A stretch of 40,227 nucleotides of DNA from Sphaeroforma arctica JP610 (taxonomy: Eukaryota): assembly GCF_001186125.1 (NCBI RefSeq), contig NW_014039737.1:1-40227 (forward strand). The letters are read 5' to 3'. Position 1 is the stretch's first letter. The number at the start of each line of letters is the position of its first letter. The notes under the pieces were generated by a model. That model searched no databases and had not been told where the DNA came from. It worked only from the letters and a program-made list of their open reading frames with translations. This document shows, piece after piece, positions 26,252 through 36,574 of the stretch. The translations under genes and the position numbers were made by a program.

Positions 26252-29200
26252 TATATATATACTATAATATATATATAATATAATANNNNNNNNNNNNNNN
26301 NNNNNNNNNNNNNNNNNNNNNNNNNNNNNNNNNNNNNNNNNNNNNNNNNNNNNNNNNNNNNNNNNNNNNNNNNNNNNNNNNNNNNNNNNNNNNNNNNNNN
26401 NNNNNNNNNNNNNNNNNNNNNNNNNNNNNNNNNNNNNNNNNNNNNNNNNNNNNNNNNNNNNNNNNNNNNNNNNNNNNNNNNNNNNNNNNNNNNNNNNNNN
26501 NNNNNNNNNNNNNNNNNNNNNNNNNNNNNNNNNNNNNNNNNNNNNNNNNNNNNNNNNNNNNNNNNNNNNNNNNNNNNNNNNNNNNNNNNNNNNNNNNNNN
26601 NNNNNNNNNNNNNNNNNNNNNNNNNNNNNNNNNNNNNNNNNNNNNNNNNNNNNNNNNNNNNNNNNNNNNNNNNNNNNNNNNNNNNNNNNNNNNNNNNNNN
26701 NNNNNNNNNNNNNNNNNNNNNNNNNNNNNNNNNNNNNNNNNNNNNNNNNNNNNNNNNNNNNNNNNNNNNNNNNNNNNNNNNNNNNNNNNNNNNNNNNNNN
26801 NNNNNNNNNNNNNNNNNNNNNNNNNNNNNNNNNNNNNNNNNNNNNNNNNNNNNNNNNNNNNNNNNNNNNNNNNNNNNNNNGCATATATATCTTTATTCTA
26901 TGTATATAAATATATGTATGTGATTTATTGCGTTATTTATATATATATATATATATATATAGAAAGAGATAGAGAGAGTGCCTGTCTAATTTAGAAGGCT
27001 ATAATATATAGGATGTACCATAGTCTTCTCAATTAGTTAAGCTATGGTTATATACTTGTAATAATTTGTGACGCAAGGGATATGGCATATGTATAGAATG
27101 GTAGAAACAGATCCATAAGAATGCCACGCGAAATTTACTCGCTGAAGTATACGAGAAATGGTGTATAAATTTACACACGCATTTTCACAGTGGAGCTATA
27201 TTGGAAGGTTTGCGCAAAGATATATTTGCAGATTTGATTCTAAACTCTTGTTTGTTTGTTGCTGGCTGTACGCACAAGTACGTTCTTTACCAATGGATTG
27301 CAATTCCATCGATATTGTCGATAAAACGCGTAAGAAAGTGCACATAAGAGAACCAGTACTGCACCGCCATACTACCAACTGCTCAGGGGTTTATAATACA
27401 TTGCTGCACCATCTTGACTAGCAACTCCGTCACGTGCACACCATTCCCTTGCGATTCGACTATACACTGCTTCACCGCCAGTTACTTCACCAGATATACT
27501 ATAGATAAAGTGTGCAGATACGTCATTCATATACAACACATATTGATTTAATTACATATATATTATACCACAAGCTTCGCATTAACAATACAGCCGTGGC
27601 CTGAGATCTGATTTCCCAATACCTCTTTTCACCAGCTGCTGCACCGAGGATACCAGACAAAGAGCTCCGACAAATCAGGAGTCAAGGTCAGGCATCTGGA
27701 CGCCCAGATTTTAAAGCTATTGGTTGATAATCGCGAACAAACGGCTTTACTCACCGACACACCGGGAGAGCACAGCAATGAGTTGACCGTCTATGGTATA
27801 TGCAAAATGTACCAGTCTTGACGTTAGACTGGGTGTATGCAGTATGTTTTGCTGACACCGAGTGCATGTAGTGTGTTTTTCCCGGTATTGATTGTATGTT
27901 ATATCTCTGGCTTATATTGAGTATAGGTGCTAAGCTTTGATATGATTGTGCATCAGCTACTGCACACATCGGGGCCTAAGCTGTAGTGTGGAGGAAGGGG
28001 TTTGGTCCACCGCAAAGAAATAAACGTTTGAGGTTCGTGTGGCTTATTTCGCGTCGTGACCTTATACTCAGTTCATATGTTAAATCTGGGCTTCGTGGTG
28101 AGATGGTTCAGCTATCGGATTTATTGATGTGGTGCCATGGAGTTACTTGAAGGGAGTGCAGCACACAGTATAGACATAAATTTTGGGTGAGTCCAATTAT
28201 CGCTAGCATTGTCAAATCAAGCGTGGTCAATGCCTTTTTTATCGCCGAGCGTATAGTATGCCGAAACAATTATGGAGACTGAAGTTAGTTGCCTATCGTT
28301 GAATATCTAAATCATGTAGTGCACGACACACAAATGACCTTAGACAACGAGTGCGGAGTGTAAAAGTTGTGAGCGAGGTACCCTTAAAAATGCCTACATA
28401 GGTTTTCTTCCCTTCTATTCTGTATGGCATTGCTTGTGTTATATGAATCAGCTACATATATGTGGCTATGCATGCACATGCCCGCAACATATCTGCATAT
28501 CTCTGTGACTTTCATTCAGTGTCCATCTCACATTCTTGTACCTTCCATCTTCACTATCTATTCACCATAAATTTTGCAGACCCGGTAACAGAAGATACAA
28601 GCACAGACAGGGACCGTTCAAGCACCAGCACTACCGTAGTGAGCACACAAACACGCACACCCAGCAAGGATACCACCAATACTAGCAACTCTCTAGTTCA
28701 GTCAGCCACTGGCTCGGCGAGGGATACAGATACTGGAATGGTTCACACATCAAGAGGTCTACGCCCGAGCACGTACAAACGACGCAGCATATATAAGTCA
28801 CGTGGTGCCAGGGGCGGCGGTAAGGCGAAGAAGAAGCCCAAAATGGCCTCACGAGGCACACAGACTGTCCAGTTTAAGGTACACTTGGCTTTTGTCAGAG
28901 ACATGACCCTAGTGTGGATGTACATATGTGCTCGTATGTCCTCAGTGATTGTGGGCGAGAGATGTGGATTGTTTATGCTTGGTGATTGAATGTGTGTGTG
29001 TGTTTATAAACATTGATACATGGGTACGTACGGATAGGCTGCGCTCTTATTACTGGAAGATTCACTGTTATGAACATCCGATTTCTATCCATTTATTATA
29101 TGATAATAACTGTGAGACACGCCAAGGGTATGAGCACAACGTAGCTTCTACTACGCGATCACTTGCATGGCAAATTGGCGTGTAATTTTGTTACGTAACC

Positions 29201-31832
29201 TTGGTACTGACCCCATTACATCGTGGTCAGAACACGAGGTATAATTTCGCTCAGTCTTAGACCATATTGTGTCATATACTGTCTTTGTTCATCTCTTCAT
29301 TGCTACCGTGCACCTAAAGGGTCACAAACCCAATGATGGTCGTACACTAGCATATGACCTAAAATTCATGTATATACATATATCCATGCGTTTTTTTGTT
29401 ACGAATGTTATCATATATTCCAGCTCTGACATAGTTTTTATTATGATTTTGTTTCAAACCTCCCACATTCGACCCACGTACAGGTGAAAACTGCGCAGTA
29501 TACACGGGGGCATCCGTTGGGCTATAAGAAGTGGGTGGTGACGCGCGAGCTAAACATGTTATGTGATTTGTTCAAACTGCAACGAACAACGGGGAGAGGG
29601 GGTAGTACCATATACGGGCGGGAAAGCAGCCACACTGCTATATGTAGAAGACCTAGCGGCACAGACAGGCGAGGAAGTACCTGCTGGACGGGCGGTGCGA
29701 GAGGCGGTACTATAAGCATGGAAGACAGTACCAGGGACTCTTTGGAAGCAGCTGCGAGCGTACGACCGGAAAGTACCGAGGGAGTGGAAGATGGTGATGC
29801 AAGCGCGAGGGATAGCGCAGGCACGAGTGTGACACTTGCAGCTTCCAGTACAAATACGGATGACCAATTACGCGAGGAGTTGAAAATTACAACTGCAGAT
29901 GAAGTTGGGTTGGGTTCAAATACTTTGGATAATCGAGGAACGGCTGAGAGTAGTTGTGCCAACGATGTTATTGGAGAGATGGGTAGGGAAAGAGAAGATA
30001 TGCACATGAATGTTGTGAACAATACCAACACAGCGATGGCAGATACACGTATTGATGCGGAAGAGGTTGGCGATGGCTCGGCTGTAGAGAAGACTATTAA
30101 CGCAACTGACTTAACAGGTGAAGAATATAAAATCACAGAAGATAATATCAACAAGAAAATGGATAAGGTTGGCACTTGCAATCGGGTAGAAAAGAGGAGA
30201 CCATCTGATGCAGATGTCACTGGAGTTACCACGAACGCGAAGCGAAGGCGCGTATGTGCTGAATCTGAAGGTTCAGCTACGGACGAAGTCGCTGGTGGTG
30301 CGGGAGTGCATGGAGAAGGGGAAAGTGAACCATCACAGGCACAGACACAGGAACATACACCCCAACAGATACAGACATGGCAACAGACGCACGAACAGAC
30401 ACGGCAACATGCACCAATAATTGTTGAGAGACAGCCGCAGGCACAGAGACTGACAATTGCACAGAACCAATCGGACGTGCGGACACAGGTAGGCCCTCAG
30501 ACACAAGCGCATCCGCAAATTCAACCTCAAGCGAACGCCACTCAAGATGACACACAGTTAGCATCGGATGCGCAAGGTGTGTTCTCCGACTCCCTTCCTA
30601 CTGAGGAGTGTGCAAGTGCGGTGCCCATTCCGCTACTGCCACCCAACTCGGTGACTGTGGTTGCGTTTGCGCACATACTGCGCCAGCAAGTGAGCGAGAG
30701 GCTTGTACCACATCAACCACCTATGTCGATTTCAAGGCAACACATGCGAGTGCAAGAATGTGAGATCATGCGCAATTCGCAGGACAATACGCGTGAATTT
30801 GAAGATAGCGAACCTTCCCACACACAGCAACCACAACTGCAGCAACATCAGTCTGTTGTACTGGTATCTACATCACAAATACAGAACAAGAACAAATCTT
30901 CGACACAAACGCACGACCCTGCGCCAGTGCAGCCACGTGCATCGACATCACTTCAAGCGTGCGCACCCGCTGCGCCGGTGGCGACGAGTGCGGTAGTGCC
31001 CACACAGTCACAAACACATACAGACCCACTTGTAGGACATACAACAGGCACGACAACGAGTTCGCACTATCGATTATTGTCGGAACGCTTCCGTGCTATG
31101 TTCATGTGGCCGGCTTTGTTGTCCACGCTGGAGTGTGAGGTTGCTCGTGGGGAAAAAGCTGGGCATAGTACAGTCTCTGTGGTAGATTCGCAGGAAATGA
31201 CACAATCATCGGTGTGCACACAGGGAAGGACTAACACGTCAGCACATACACAGCCAGACACACAATCGTCAGGTTCTATGCAAGGGCATAGAACTACGCA
31301 AAGTTTTGAACACACTCGAATAGGCACTGTTGGCGATGTACGCACACAAGCACAGGAACTCGCGGATACACGGACGGGAACTAGTAAGTGTATGTCCAAT
31401 CATCAGTCTGATACAGAACTCAGCAGCAATGGTGGTGGGGGCGATGACAGCACCACACTTACGTTTGGAAATGGAAATAGCCAAAGCTCTATGGCACATG
31501 ACAATGGCCTCGTAGGTATAGCGTTTCCTACAGATGCTGCCAGTGTTGGTCTGATTGCATCCGATAACACTGGTACGGATGGTATAGATGAAACAAATCA
31601 CATCATTGGAAGAAGGAAGAAGGCCGCAATGGGAAACCTGACGCGGCGACCAATAACGAAGTTAAGGTCTGCAAAGGGCCCTAAAAAGGGGTCTGCAAAG
31701 GTGGTTAAGGGCAAGGCGACGATTTCCAAACCAGGAAAACAAGTGGCCCGACCTAACAAAGGGTCAAATCAGAACGAAAGCGGGGATTCTGCCACGGCAC
31801 TCCGACCTACCGATAACAGTATTTCAATATAG
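13325..31832 (+). CDS. SNAPC4: snRNA-activating protein complex subunit 4 (SNAP190), 15 coding exons, ~2105 aa
   Basis: Manual join: 13325-13451, 14840-15340, 16389-18175, 20140-20281, 21125-21195, 21803-21904, 22479-22607, 22953-23038, 23326-23476, 24148-24286, 25636-25813, 25968-26064, 27636-27795, 28580-28878, 29484-31832 = 6318 nt, open frame, all GT-AG. Encodes GPPSNV-DAL...KWTPKEMEALRNSI, a half Myb repeat plus four full Myb repeats, and C-terminal YRLLSERFRAMFMWPALLSTL resembling the conserved SNAP190 C-terminal motif. Confidence 0.85.
14840..15340 (+). CDS. SNAPC4: SNAPC4 exon 2 (low complexity, acidic)
   Basis: CTCTTAG acceptor, inside ORF 14713-15348, donor GTATGT at 15341, phase 1/1. 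Confidence 0.7.
16389..18175 (+). CDS. SNAPC4: SNAPC4 exon 3 (long G/S/T-rich region plus start of the conserved SNAP190 N-terminal helix)
   Basis: CACTCCAG acceptor, same frame as ORF 16427-18253, ALSVNVRLQTQLKNQLARI ... GPPSNV, donor GTATGT at 18176. Confidence 0.8.
20140..20281 (+). CDS. SNAPC4: SNAPC4 exon 4 (DALSLQ...KWTPKEMEALRNSIRHYH)
   Basis: TGCAG acceptor, GTAAGC donor. Not in the ORF track in this frame; translated by hand. Confidence 0.85.
21125..21195 (+). CDS. SNAPC4: SNAPC4 exon 5 (EAGRLRQKAK...ELTNK)
   Basis: ACAG acceptor, weak GTTGTA donor. Its phase 1/0 is required to link exons 4 and 6. Confidence 0.65.
21803..21904 (+). CDS. SNAPC4: SNAPC4 exon 6 (start of Myb half repeat, VDWHAVF)
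   Basis: CTCAG acceptor, GTATGT donor, phase 0/0. Confidence 0.85.
21979..22427. repeat. Intronic tandem duplication (~194-bp period): (GTGTCT/GTGTAT)n tract plus ~85-bp unique segment
   Basis: atatatgagcactgtggcaaagtctgctctatcgctagtatc... at ~22155 and ~22348, each preceded by the hexamer tract. Confidence 0.85.
22479..22607 (+). CDS. SNAPC4: SNAPC4 exon 7 (VQLMWTNHLRPKINTSPFTAAEDNALL; Myb Rh/Ra)
   Basis: CATAG acceptor, GTGAAT donor, 43 codons, Myb-like translation. Confidence 0.85.
22953..23038 (+). CDS. SNAPC4: SNAPC4 exon 8 (DWTAIALQLNTNRTALACFQR; Myb Ra)
   Basis: TACAG acceptor, GTAAGT donor, phase 0/2. Confidence 0.9.
23326..23476 (+). CDS. SNAPC4: SNAPC4 exon 9 (RWTKEEDARL...KWSEVA...GRTNQQ; Myb Rb)
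   Basis: TGCAG acceptor, GTAAGT donor, canonical Myb tryptophans. Confidence 0.92.
24148..24286 (+). CDS. SNAPC4: SNAPC4 exon 10 (NRWEKSLKP...KGRW...DWKNI...VPG; Myb Rb/Rc)
   Basis: TAAG acceptor, GTATGC donor, phase 0/1. Confidence 0.9.
24375..24850. other. Assembly gap in SNAPC4 intron 10
   Basis: N run flanked by TA repeats. Confidence 0.98.
25636..25813 (+). CDS. SNAPC4: SNAPC4 exon 11 (GRSDAQCREHYYNILDP...DWIEEDD...PWSQIA; Myb Rc/Rd)
   Basis: CACAG acceptor, GTATCT donor, phase 1/2. Confidence 0.92.
25968..26064 (+). CDS. SNAPC4: SNAPC4 exon 12 (RTDKQCMSRW; end of Myb Rd, basic tail)
   Basis: Pyrimidine tract plus GCAG acceptor, GTATGT donor, phase 2/0. Confidence 0.9.
26286..26880. 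other. Assembly gap in SNAPC4 intron 12
   Basis: N run flanked by TA repeats. Confidence 0.98.
27636..27795 (+). CDS. SNAPC4: SNAPC4 exon 13
   Basis: CTCTTTTCACCAG acceptor, open frame LLHRGYQTK..., GTATAT donor. Phase 0/1 links exons 12 and 14. Confidence 0.7.
28580..28878 (+). CDS. SNAPC4: SNAPC4 exon 14 (S/T-rich, basic KAKKKPK)
   Basis: TTTTGCAG acceptor, inside ORF 28462-28989, GTACAC donor, phase 1/0. Confidence 0.75.
29484..31832 (+). CDS. SNAPC4: SNAPC4 terminal exon 15
   Basis: TACAG acceptor directly before the 782-codon ORF. Contains PLLPPNSVTVVAF and YRLLSERFRAMFMWPALLSTL; TAG stop. Confidence 0.82.
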   Translation: MKTAQYTRGHPLGYKKWVVTRELNMLCDLFKLQRTTGRGGSTIYGRESSHTAICRRPSGTDRRGSTCWTGGARGGTISMEDSTRDSLEAAASVRPESTEGVEDGDASARDSAGTSVTLAASSTNTDDQLREELKITTADEVGLGSNTLDNRGTAESSCANDVIGEMGREREDMHMNVVNNTNTAMADTRIDAEEVGDGSAVEKTINATDLTGEEYKITEDNINKKMDKVGTCNRVEKRRPSDADVTGVTTNAKRRRVCAESEGSATDEVAGGAGVHGEGESEPSQAQTQEHTPQQIQTWQQTHEQTRQHAPIIVERQPQAQRLTIAQNQSDVRTQVGPQTQAHPQIQPQANATQDDTQLASDAQGVFSDSLPTEECASAVPIPLLPPNSVTVVAFAHILRQQVSERLVPHQPPMSISRQHMRVQECEIMRNSQDNTREFEDSEPSHTQQPQLQQHQSVVLVSTSQIQNKNKSSTQTHDPAPVQPRASTSLQACAPAAPVATSAVVPTQSQTHTDPLVGHTTGTTTSSHYRLLSERFRAMFMWPALLSTLECEVARGEKAGHSTVSVVDSQEMTQSSVCTQGRTNTSAHTQPDTQSSGSMQGHRTTQSFEHTRIGTVGDVRTQAQELADTRTGTSKCMSNHQSDTELSSNGGGGDDSTTLTFGNGNSQSSMAHDNGLVGIAFPTDAASVGLIASDNTGTDGIDETNHIIGRRKKAAMGNLTRRPITKLRSAKGPKKGSAKVVKGKATISKPGKQVARPNKGSNQNESGDSATALRPTDNSISI

Positions 31833-34213
31833 CCGATATGGCGAAAGCCTGACAATATCACAGGTAGCTTAGACTAGGGCGAGCACTACAAGTATCTGCA
31901 TCACTGAGTCGGGAGTGAATTTGGCGTGAAGCAGTACACAAGGCGACCAAGAAAATACATAGGGGTCTACCTCATGCTGGGGCATAGTATTGCCTGCACG
32001 CCCTACAACAGCAGCTGTCCAAAGCGTGAAACTATGAAGGCTGGCATCACATGCTTCATCGTCCAGTTGAAATTATGGTCAAAGTAGCCTTACGTCTACC
32101 TCCAAATCAAATTCATTGAAACTCCTTTGGGAGGGAGGAGAGTACACTTGCCTATGCCAATAAGTTCTGCACAGCAATTTATTTCCAGGATTAGTATGGC
32201 GATCACAGCTGTGTGTGCACTTTAGGGACTTTACTGGTTTCGCTCGAGACTCGAAGACCGATTCTTCATACAGGGGCGGGATCTCTGACAACAGTGTCAT
32301 CGGAAGCATGTGAAGTCACGTAGCCGGTCAAAATACTTTGTGCGACGGCAAACATGCTCCTACGCGGAAGCTCGCAATGAGAAAGTGTGTGCGTTACCGG
32401 CCAATCTGGAGGGATTGATTTTGTAGTTTCGTTGGATAAGCGCACATACGTAGAAACACGTAAGCGTTTGACAGTATATCTATAGCTGACTACAGATGAT
32501 AACTACTCCTGACACTGCACAGGCACATATCTAGGCACAATTCGGAAAATGAACATGTGAGTCTGTTCTAGACTGTGATACTATATGCTCGGATATACTC
32601 AAAGAGGAGAACAGTCCGAGATGTTCGGAGCCTTCAAAAATAATAATTTAAAGCCACGACTCGAGTCGAACACCAAAAACATAACTATTTCAAGAGTGTA
32701 CATCTGCGTTTACTGTGGTATTTAATCGGTTTAAGATCAGATTTTCCAATTTACATATAAATTTCTAGAATACTTCACCATAGAGTGAAAAGTGATCGTA
32801 TAGTTGTTGAGCCGGTATTGGGCAGACCCGAGCTGGGATGTGTAGACCCAACTGGTTGTTGGGCTTCATCAAGTAAAAATATCTAGATACTACGGGTGAA
32901 GTACACCCGGTATCCAGAAAATCATCTACATTTTCGAAATCAGACGTACTAGTAGAAAGGGCCTTAGATCTGACGAGGGCAAACGGGTGGCACAGGAGTC
33001 ACGGGACTCTAGCTGACCAGCGCAACCAAATCGACCGATACTCTCATTTTTTAAATAGCTTAAAGGAAACGGATGGGGAATCGATGCATCTGGAAAAGCC
33101 AATTCACCTTGGTTTAGTAAATATTGCCCGGATTTTGAAATACAGTCCCTATTTCTTCAAAAATTGATTTCAAACGTTCGAAATCACCGACAAAAATTGA
33201 ATTTCAGCAACGAAAATTTCTCATCAAAAACGAATATACAGTATTGTGCTATCTACGGTGAATTAATATTTGCAGAGTAGCCGTCTAGAAACGCGACAAC
33301 TGCGCCGATCGAGAAGGATGGACTTTTTCAGAGTTGGACTCTGGGTTTGCCTAGAAGTCACCGCGACCAAATCGAGGTGGACAGAATAAACAGATACACG
33401 AATGACGAACCACAGCGTGAAAAATCTGACTGGCCTGCCTAGGCGGAAAACGGGAAAAGAATATCTGAAGATTATAAATCTATCATGCGATTCTTACTAT
33501 TGGATGTAAAGCTTACCCTAATTTCCATCTTATGAAGCGAGTTTACGCAAAATCACTTGCAAATGTAAAATACGAGCAATAAAAAGTCAAGGAACCTCGT
33601 CCGTTTCTAGTTTTCTTGGAATATGACAGTCGCAACTATCTCGTATTTTTTCTATATAAAAATCAAGCTCAGCTGATATAACATAATTAAAATGAACTCA
33701 ACAGAAGACACTAACGGGGGAAATCTACACAACTGTATCTTGATGATCCATGGTGAACCTTACTGTTCTAAACTTTATACTACATATTTAATTATAAACA
33801 TACAATTGAAATTCACACTTTGATAGTAATATACAAAAAAAAGCTCCGTTTAGTTGGCCATTGTTGATATTTTGTACTTCGAGAGTACGTTAAATTATCT
33901 GCACGATCGTGTTGAACCCATGGAGATCTACACCCAGTTAATGAATCAGAGATCAACTGCCTCTGGCACGTGACAACGAAGAGAGTTTCGTTTTACGATG
34001 TTTTCATGAAGCCATGTGGAAACGAGACTCAGTTCAGTGTTTACACGTATACAGAATGAAGAAAAAAAATTGTCTGTTTCGTGACGAGCTAGTGATTGTC
34101 AATCAATATCATAAACACACAACGACATATGTGTCAATTCATCGATGCAAGTTTCGACACCAGGATAAAGTGCGTGCCGTTCCCGAAGTTGTCTTTAAAT
34201 GTCTCTTGCGTAC

Positions 34214-34220
34214 TATAAAA
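34214..34220 (+). promoter_or_regulatory. Candidate TATA box of the secreted-protein gene
   Basis: TATAAAA ~70 nt upstream of the ATG, with an initiator-like TCATT about 30 nt downstream. Confidence 0.5.
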
Positions 34221-34284
34221 TGGCGACGCGTGACTTAAGATTCCATCATTCCTCCAACGGTCACAAAAACATAGCTCAAGAATC

Positions 34285-34983
34285 ATGATAGCACGTTTCC
34301 TAGCCTTGGCAGCTTTTGCGGCTTCGAGCTTTGCCGGTCACCAAATTGGGGGTCACTGGTCCGGAACTAAAATATGCGAAGTAATTGTCCAGTCCGATAA
34401 CATCACACAGACTCTTCAGAATTACACTATCGAGGTCGATATCGAACAAAACCCTCTTGATCTCAGTAAGTTCACCTTCAGTACCACACACAATGAGTCG
34501 AACACTTTAATATATGCCGGTACTATATCAAATCCTGCACTGGCTTTCAGTCTTTGCAACCGCGAGATGGGCGATTTCGAGAGTGGGCTGTTCTTCAACT
34601 ATGTCATCGCAAACACCTCTGTTTTAGTTGGCACTAGTACTGCTTACCATCCAGAATTATTTAGTCCAGGATCTACCTTCGCTGCCGCCCGTTGCTATTG
34701 GGAGATCGAATACGTCATGATCTCGACAGCTCAAGCCGTTCCGTCCTGCTCTGATGTATCAAATGTCACCCTCAATGAACCAGGAACACTCAATGACACC
34801 TTCAACGGCCCAGGTGCAGGCAACGACACCTTCATCGGCCCAGGTGCCAATAACGATACCTTCACTGGTCCAGGCATCGTTTTAAATGACACCTTCAATG
34901 ATCCAGACGCATCTAACGGCTCCCTCAATGCACCAGACAACGACAACACGGCTACCCCACCTACCACCGGCGCAACTCCATAA
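34285..34983 (+). CDS. Putative secreted glycoprotein, 232 aa, with C-terminal sequon repeats; unknown family
   Basis: Intronless ORF with signal-peptide-like MIARFLALAAFAASSFA, four Cys, 10 N-x-S/T sequons, no transmembrane or GPI-type hydrophobic tail, and an upstream TATA box. Confidence 0.85.
   Translation: MIARFLALAAFAASSFAGHQIGGHWSGTKICEVIVQSDNITQTLQNYTIEVDIEQNPLDLSKFTFSTTHNESNTLIYAGTISNPALAFSLCNREMGDFESGLFFNYVIANTSVLVGTSTAYHPELFSPGSTFAAARCYWEIEYVMISTAQAVPSCSDVSNVTLNEPGTLNDTFNGPGAGNDTFIGPGANNDTFTGPGIVLNDTFNDPDASNGSLNAPDNDNTATPPTTGATP
34762..34944 (+). repeat. Coding tandem repeat, six ~30-nt units (consensus N-D-T-F-x-G-P-G-x-x)
   Basis: NVTLNEPGTL/NDTFNGPGAG/NDTFIGPGAN/NDTFTGPGIVL/NDTFNDPDAS/NGSLNAPDND, also visible at nucleotide level (AAYGAYACCTTC). 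Confidence 0.9.
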
Positions 34984-35392
34984 TATCATTGGAGGACAAG
35001 TGTGAGCCCTCCCTCTGTATGTTGGCGCTGTACATGAAGATATTTTCGTATTTAAACACACTGCGCAAGAGATTGGACTGCTGACAGAGTGCTGCTCACA
35101 ATAGCGGCGTCTGTACTATTTGAAGCAAAGCGCTACCTGACTTAAAATATCTTGCCGAAAAAAGTAACATACCTCAGATGCCACTGGCGCAGCTCGAGAT
35201 ACCCTGGACGATATTATTGGAGGACAAATGTGAGCCCCCTCTCTATATGCTGGCGCTATACATGATGAATTGATAAATATATGTAATAATAAACACATGG
35301 CGCAAGAGATTAGACCGCTGACAGGGTGTTGCTCACGATAGCGGCGTCTGTATAAATTGAAGCAAAGCACTACCTTCAAAGTATCTTGCCGA
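34964..35392. repeat. Diverged ~200-bp tandem duplication covering the end and 3' UTR of the secreted-protein gene
   Basis: ~34964-35158 vs ~35180-35392 share collinear blocks attggaggacaa, tgtgagccc, gcgcaagagatt, atagcggcgtctgta, ttgaagcaaagc and tatcttgccga. Confidence 0.88.
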
Positions 35393-36574
35393 TGAAATCA
35401 ATATTGTGTACAGTAATATTTTGAGGTTGCCTTCCCATTTATGAGTGGCTTTAAATATTGGCATGTGTAACACAAGATTTTAATGCATTGTTCGCATATA
35501 TTTGTGTACTTCGCGCGAATGTCTGGGTACATGTTACAATGGCCGAGTATGCTTAATACACTATTAATAGTTCTTGCTAAGCCATTATCAGTGTGTCAGT
35601 TTGAGGTATTAGTAATTCAAGTGCTGGCAATACATCTGGAAGACAAAGCATCACTCGAAACAGCCCATTTTTATACAATTGCATACACTTCCAGCAGATA
35701 GGTAGTTTTAGGGATTAAAAGTTAAAAGTGTTAGTATTGCATCTGGAACACAAAGAAGTCCCCAAACGATCGGACTTTATGCATTTTTTGCATACTCTAT
35801 CTTTTTCTATATATATATATATATATAGAGAGCCATGACTGCTAGAAAACATATAGGATTTGTTACAACAATACACCAAAATATACCAAGTCCGCTTGTT
35901 CTCCTGATGTGGCGAACAGGCTGTAATATATTTCAAACGAATTTATTTCCAGTCATCACCTGCTTACTTTCTGTATACAATGCACATATGAAGCAACGCA
36001 TGTTTGGACCAATTCTTGCTATAGTTCTACCAGAATTAGCCTCCTAGGCTAACAAGGAAAGGGTCATCGCCGTAATGCTTACTATATACATTGCTTGTAG
36101 GACACAACACATGCGTGAACCGATTCCTGAACCGATTCCTGCTATAGTTTTACTAAAATTACCACCTTAGACTAGCAAGAAAAGTAATCGTGGATATCAT
36201 GAAGGATGCGTTGCGTTGCAGGCTTTGTTGTCATCGATTAACTCAGGCTGCAGCAGCGGATGAGTCCGTTTTCTTATTCACAATACCACTACGATTGGCT
36301 ATTACTGATCTTGGTCAGGGTGAATTATGGCTAAGCGCAAGTAGATCCTTTCACCCAGCTGCCTTCAAATCCAAAAATAGATGAGCTCATATGATTTCTG
36401 ATTATTAGTGAAAAGATACACTGTAGCATTCGTAAACTCGCAGAGGCGCAAGCGCTGCGGACAAATGCACAATCTTCTCGCTTCAGCTCATGTCCGAAGT
36501 ACTGGTATAAAATGAGCTAAACAGGAAAAAGGCGCCCTAGCCCTAAGCATTTTCATAGTTTATTTTTATCATTA

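Noticed and set aside
24151..26884. Long ORFs 24151-25080 and 26108-26884
   Set aside because: Open only because of N runs. Only 24148-24286 is a real exon.
31900..32309. Minus-strand ORF fragments downstream of SNAPC4
   Set aside because: Interrupted by stops, with no recognisable motif or consistent splice structure.
32655..32675. Minus-strand GTTCGACTC B-box
   Set aside because: No A-box or cloverleaf could be built around it.
32808..32870. TGTAGACCCAACT resembling the SRP RNA Alu domain
   Set aside because: No helix-8 signature found downstream.
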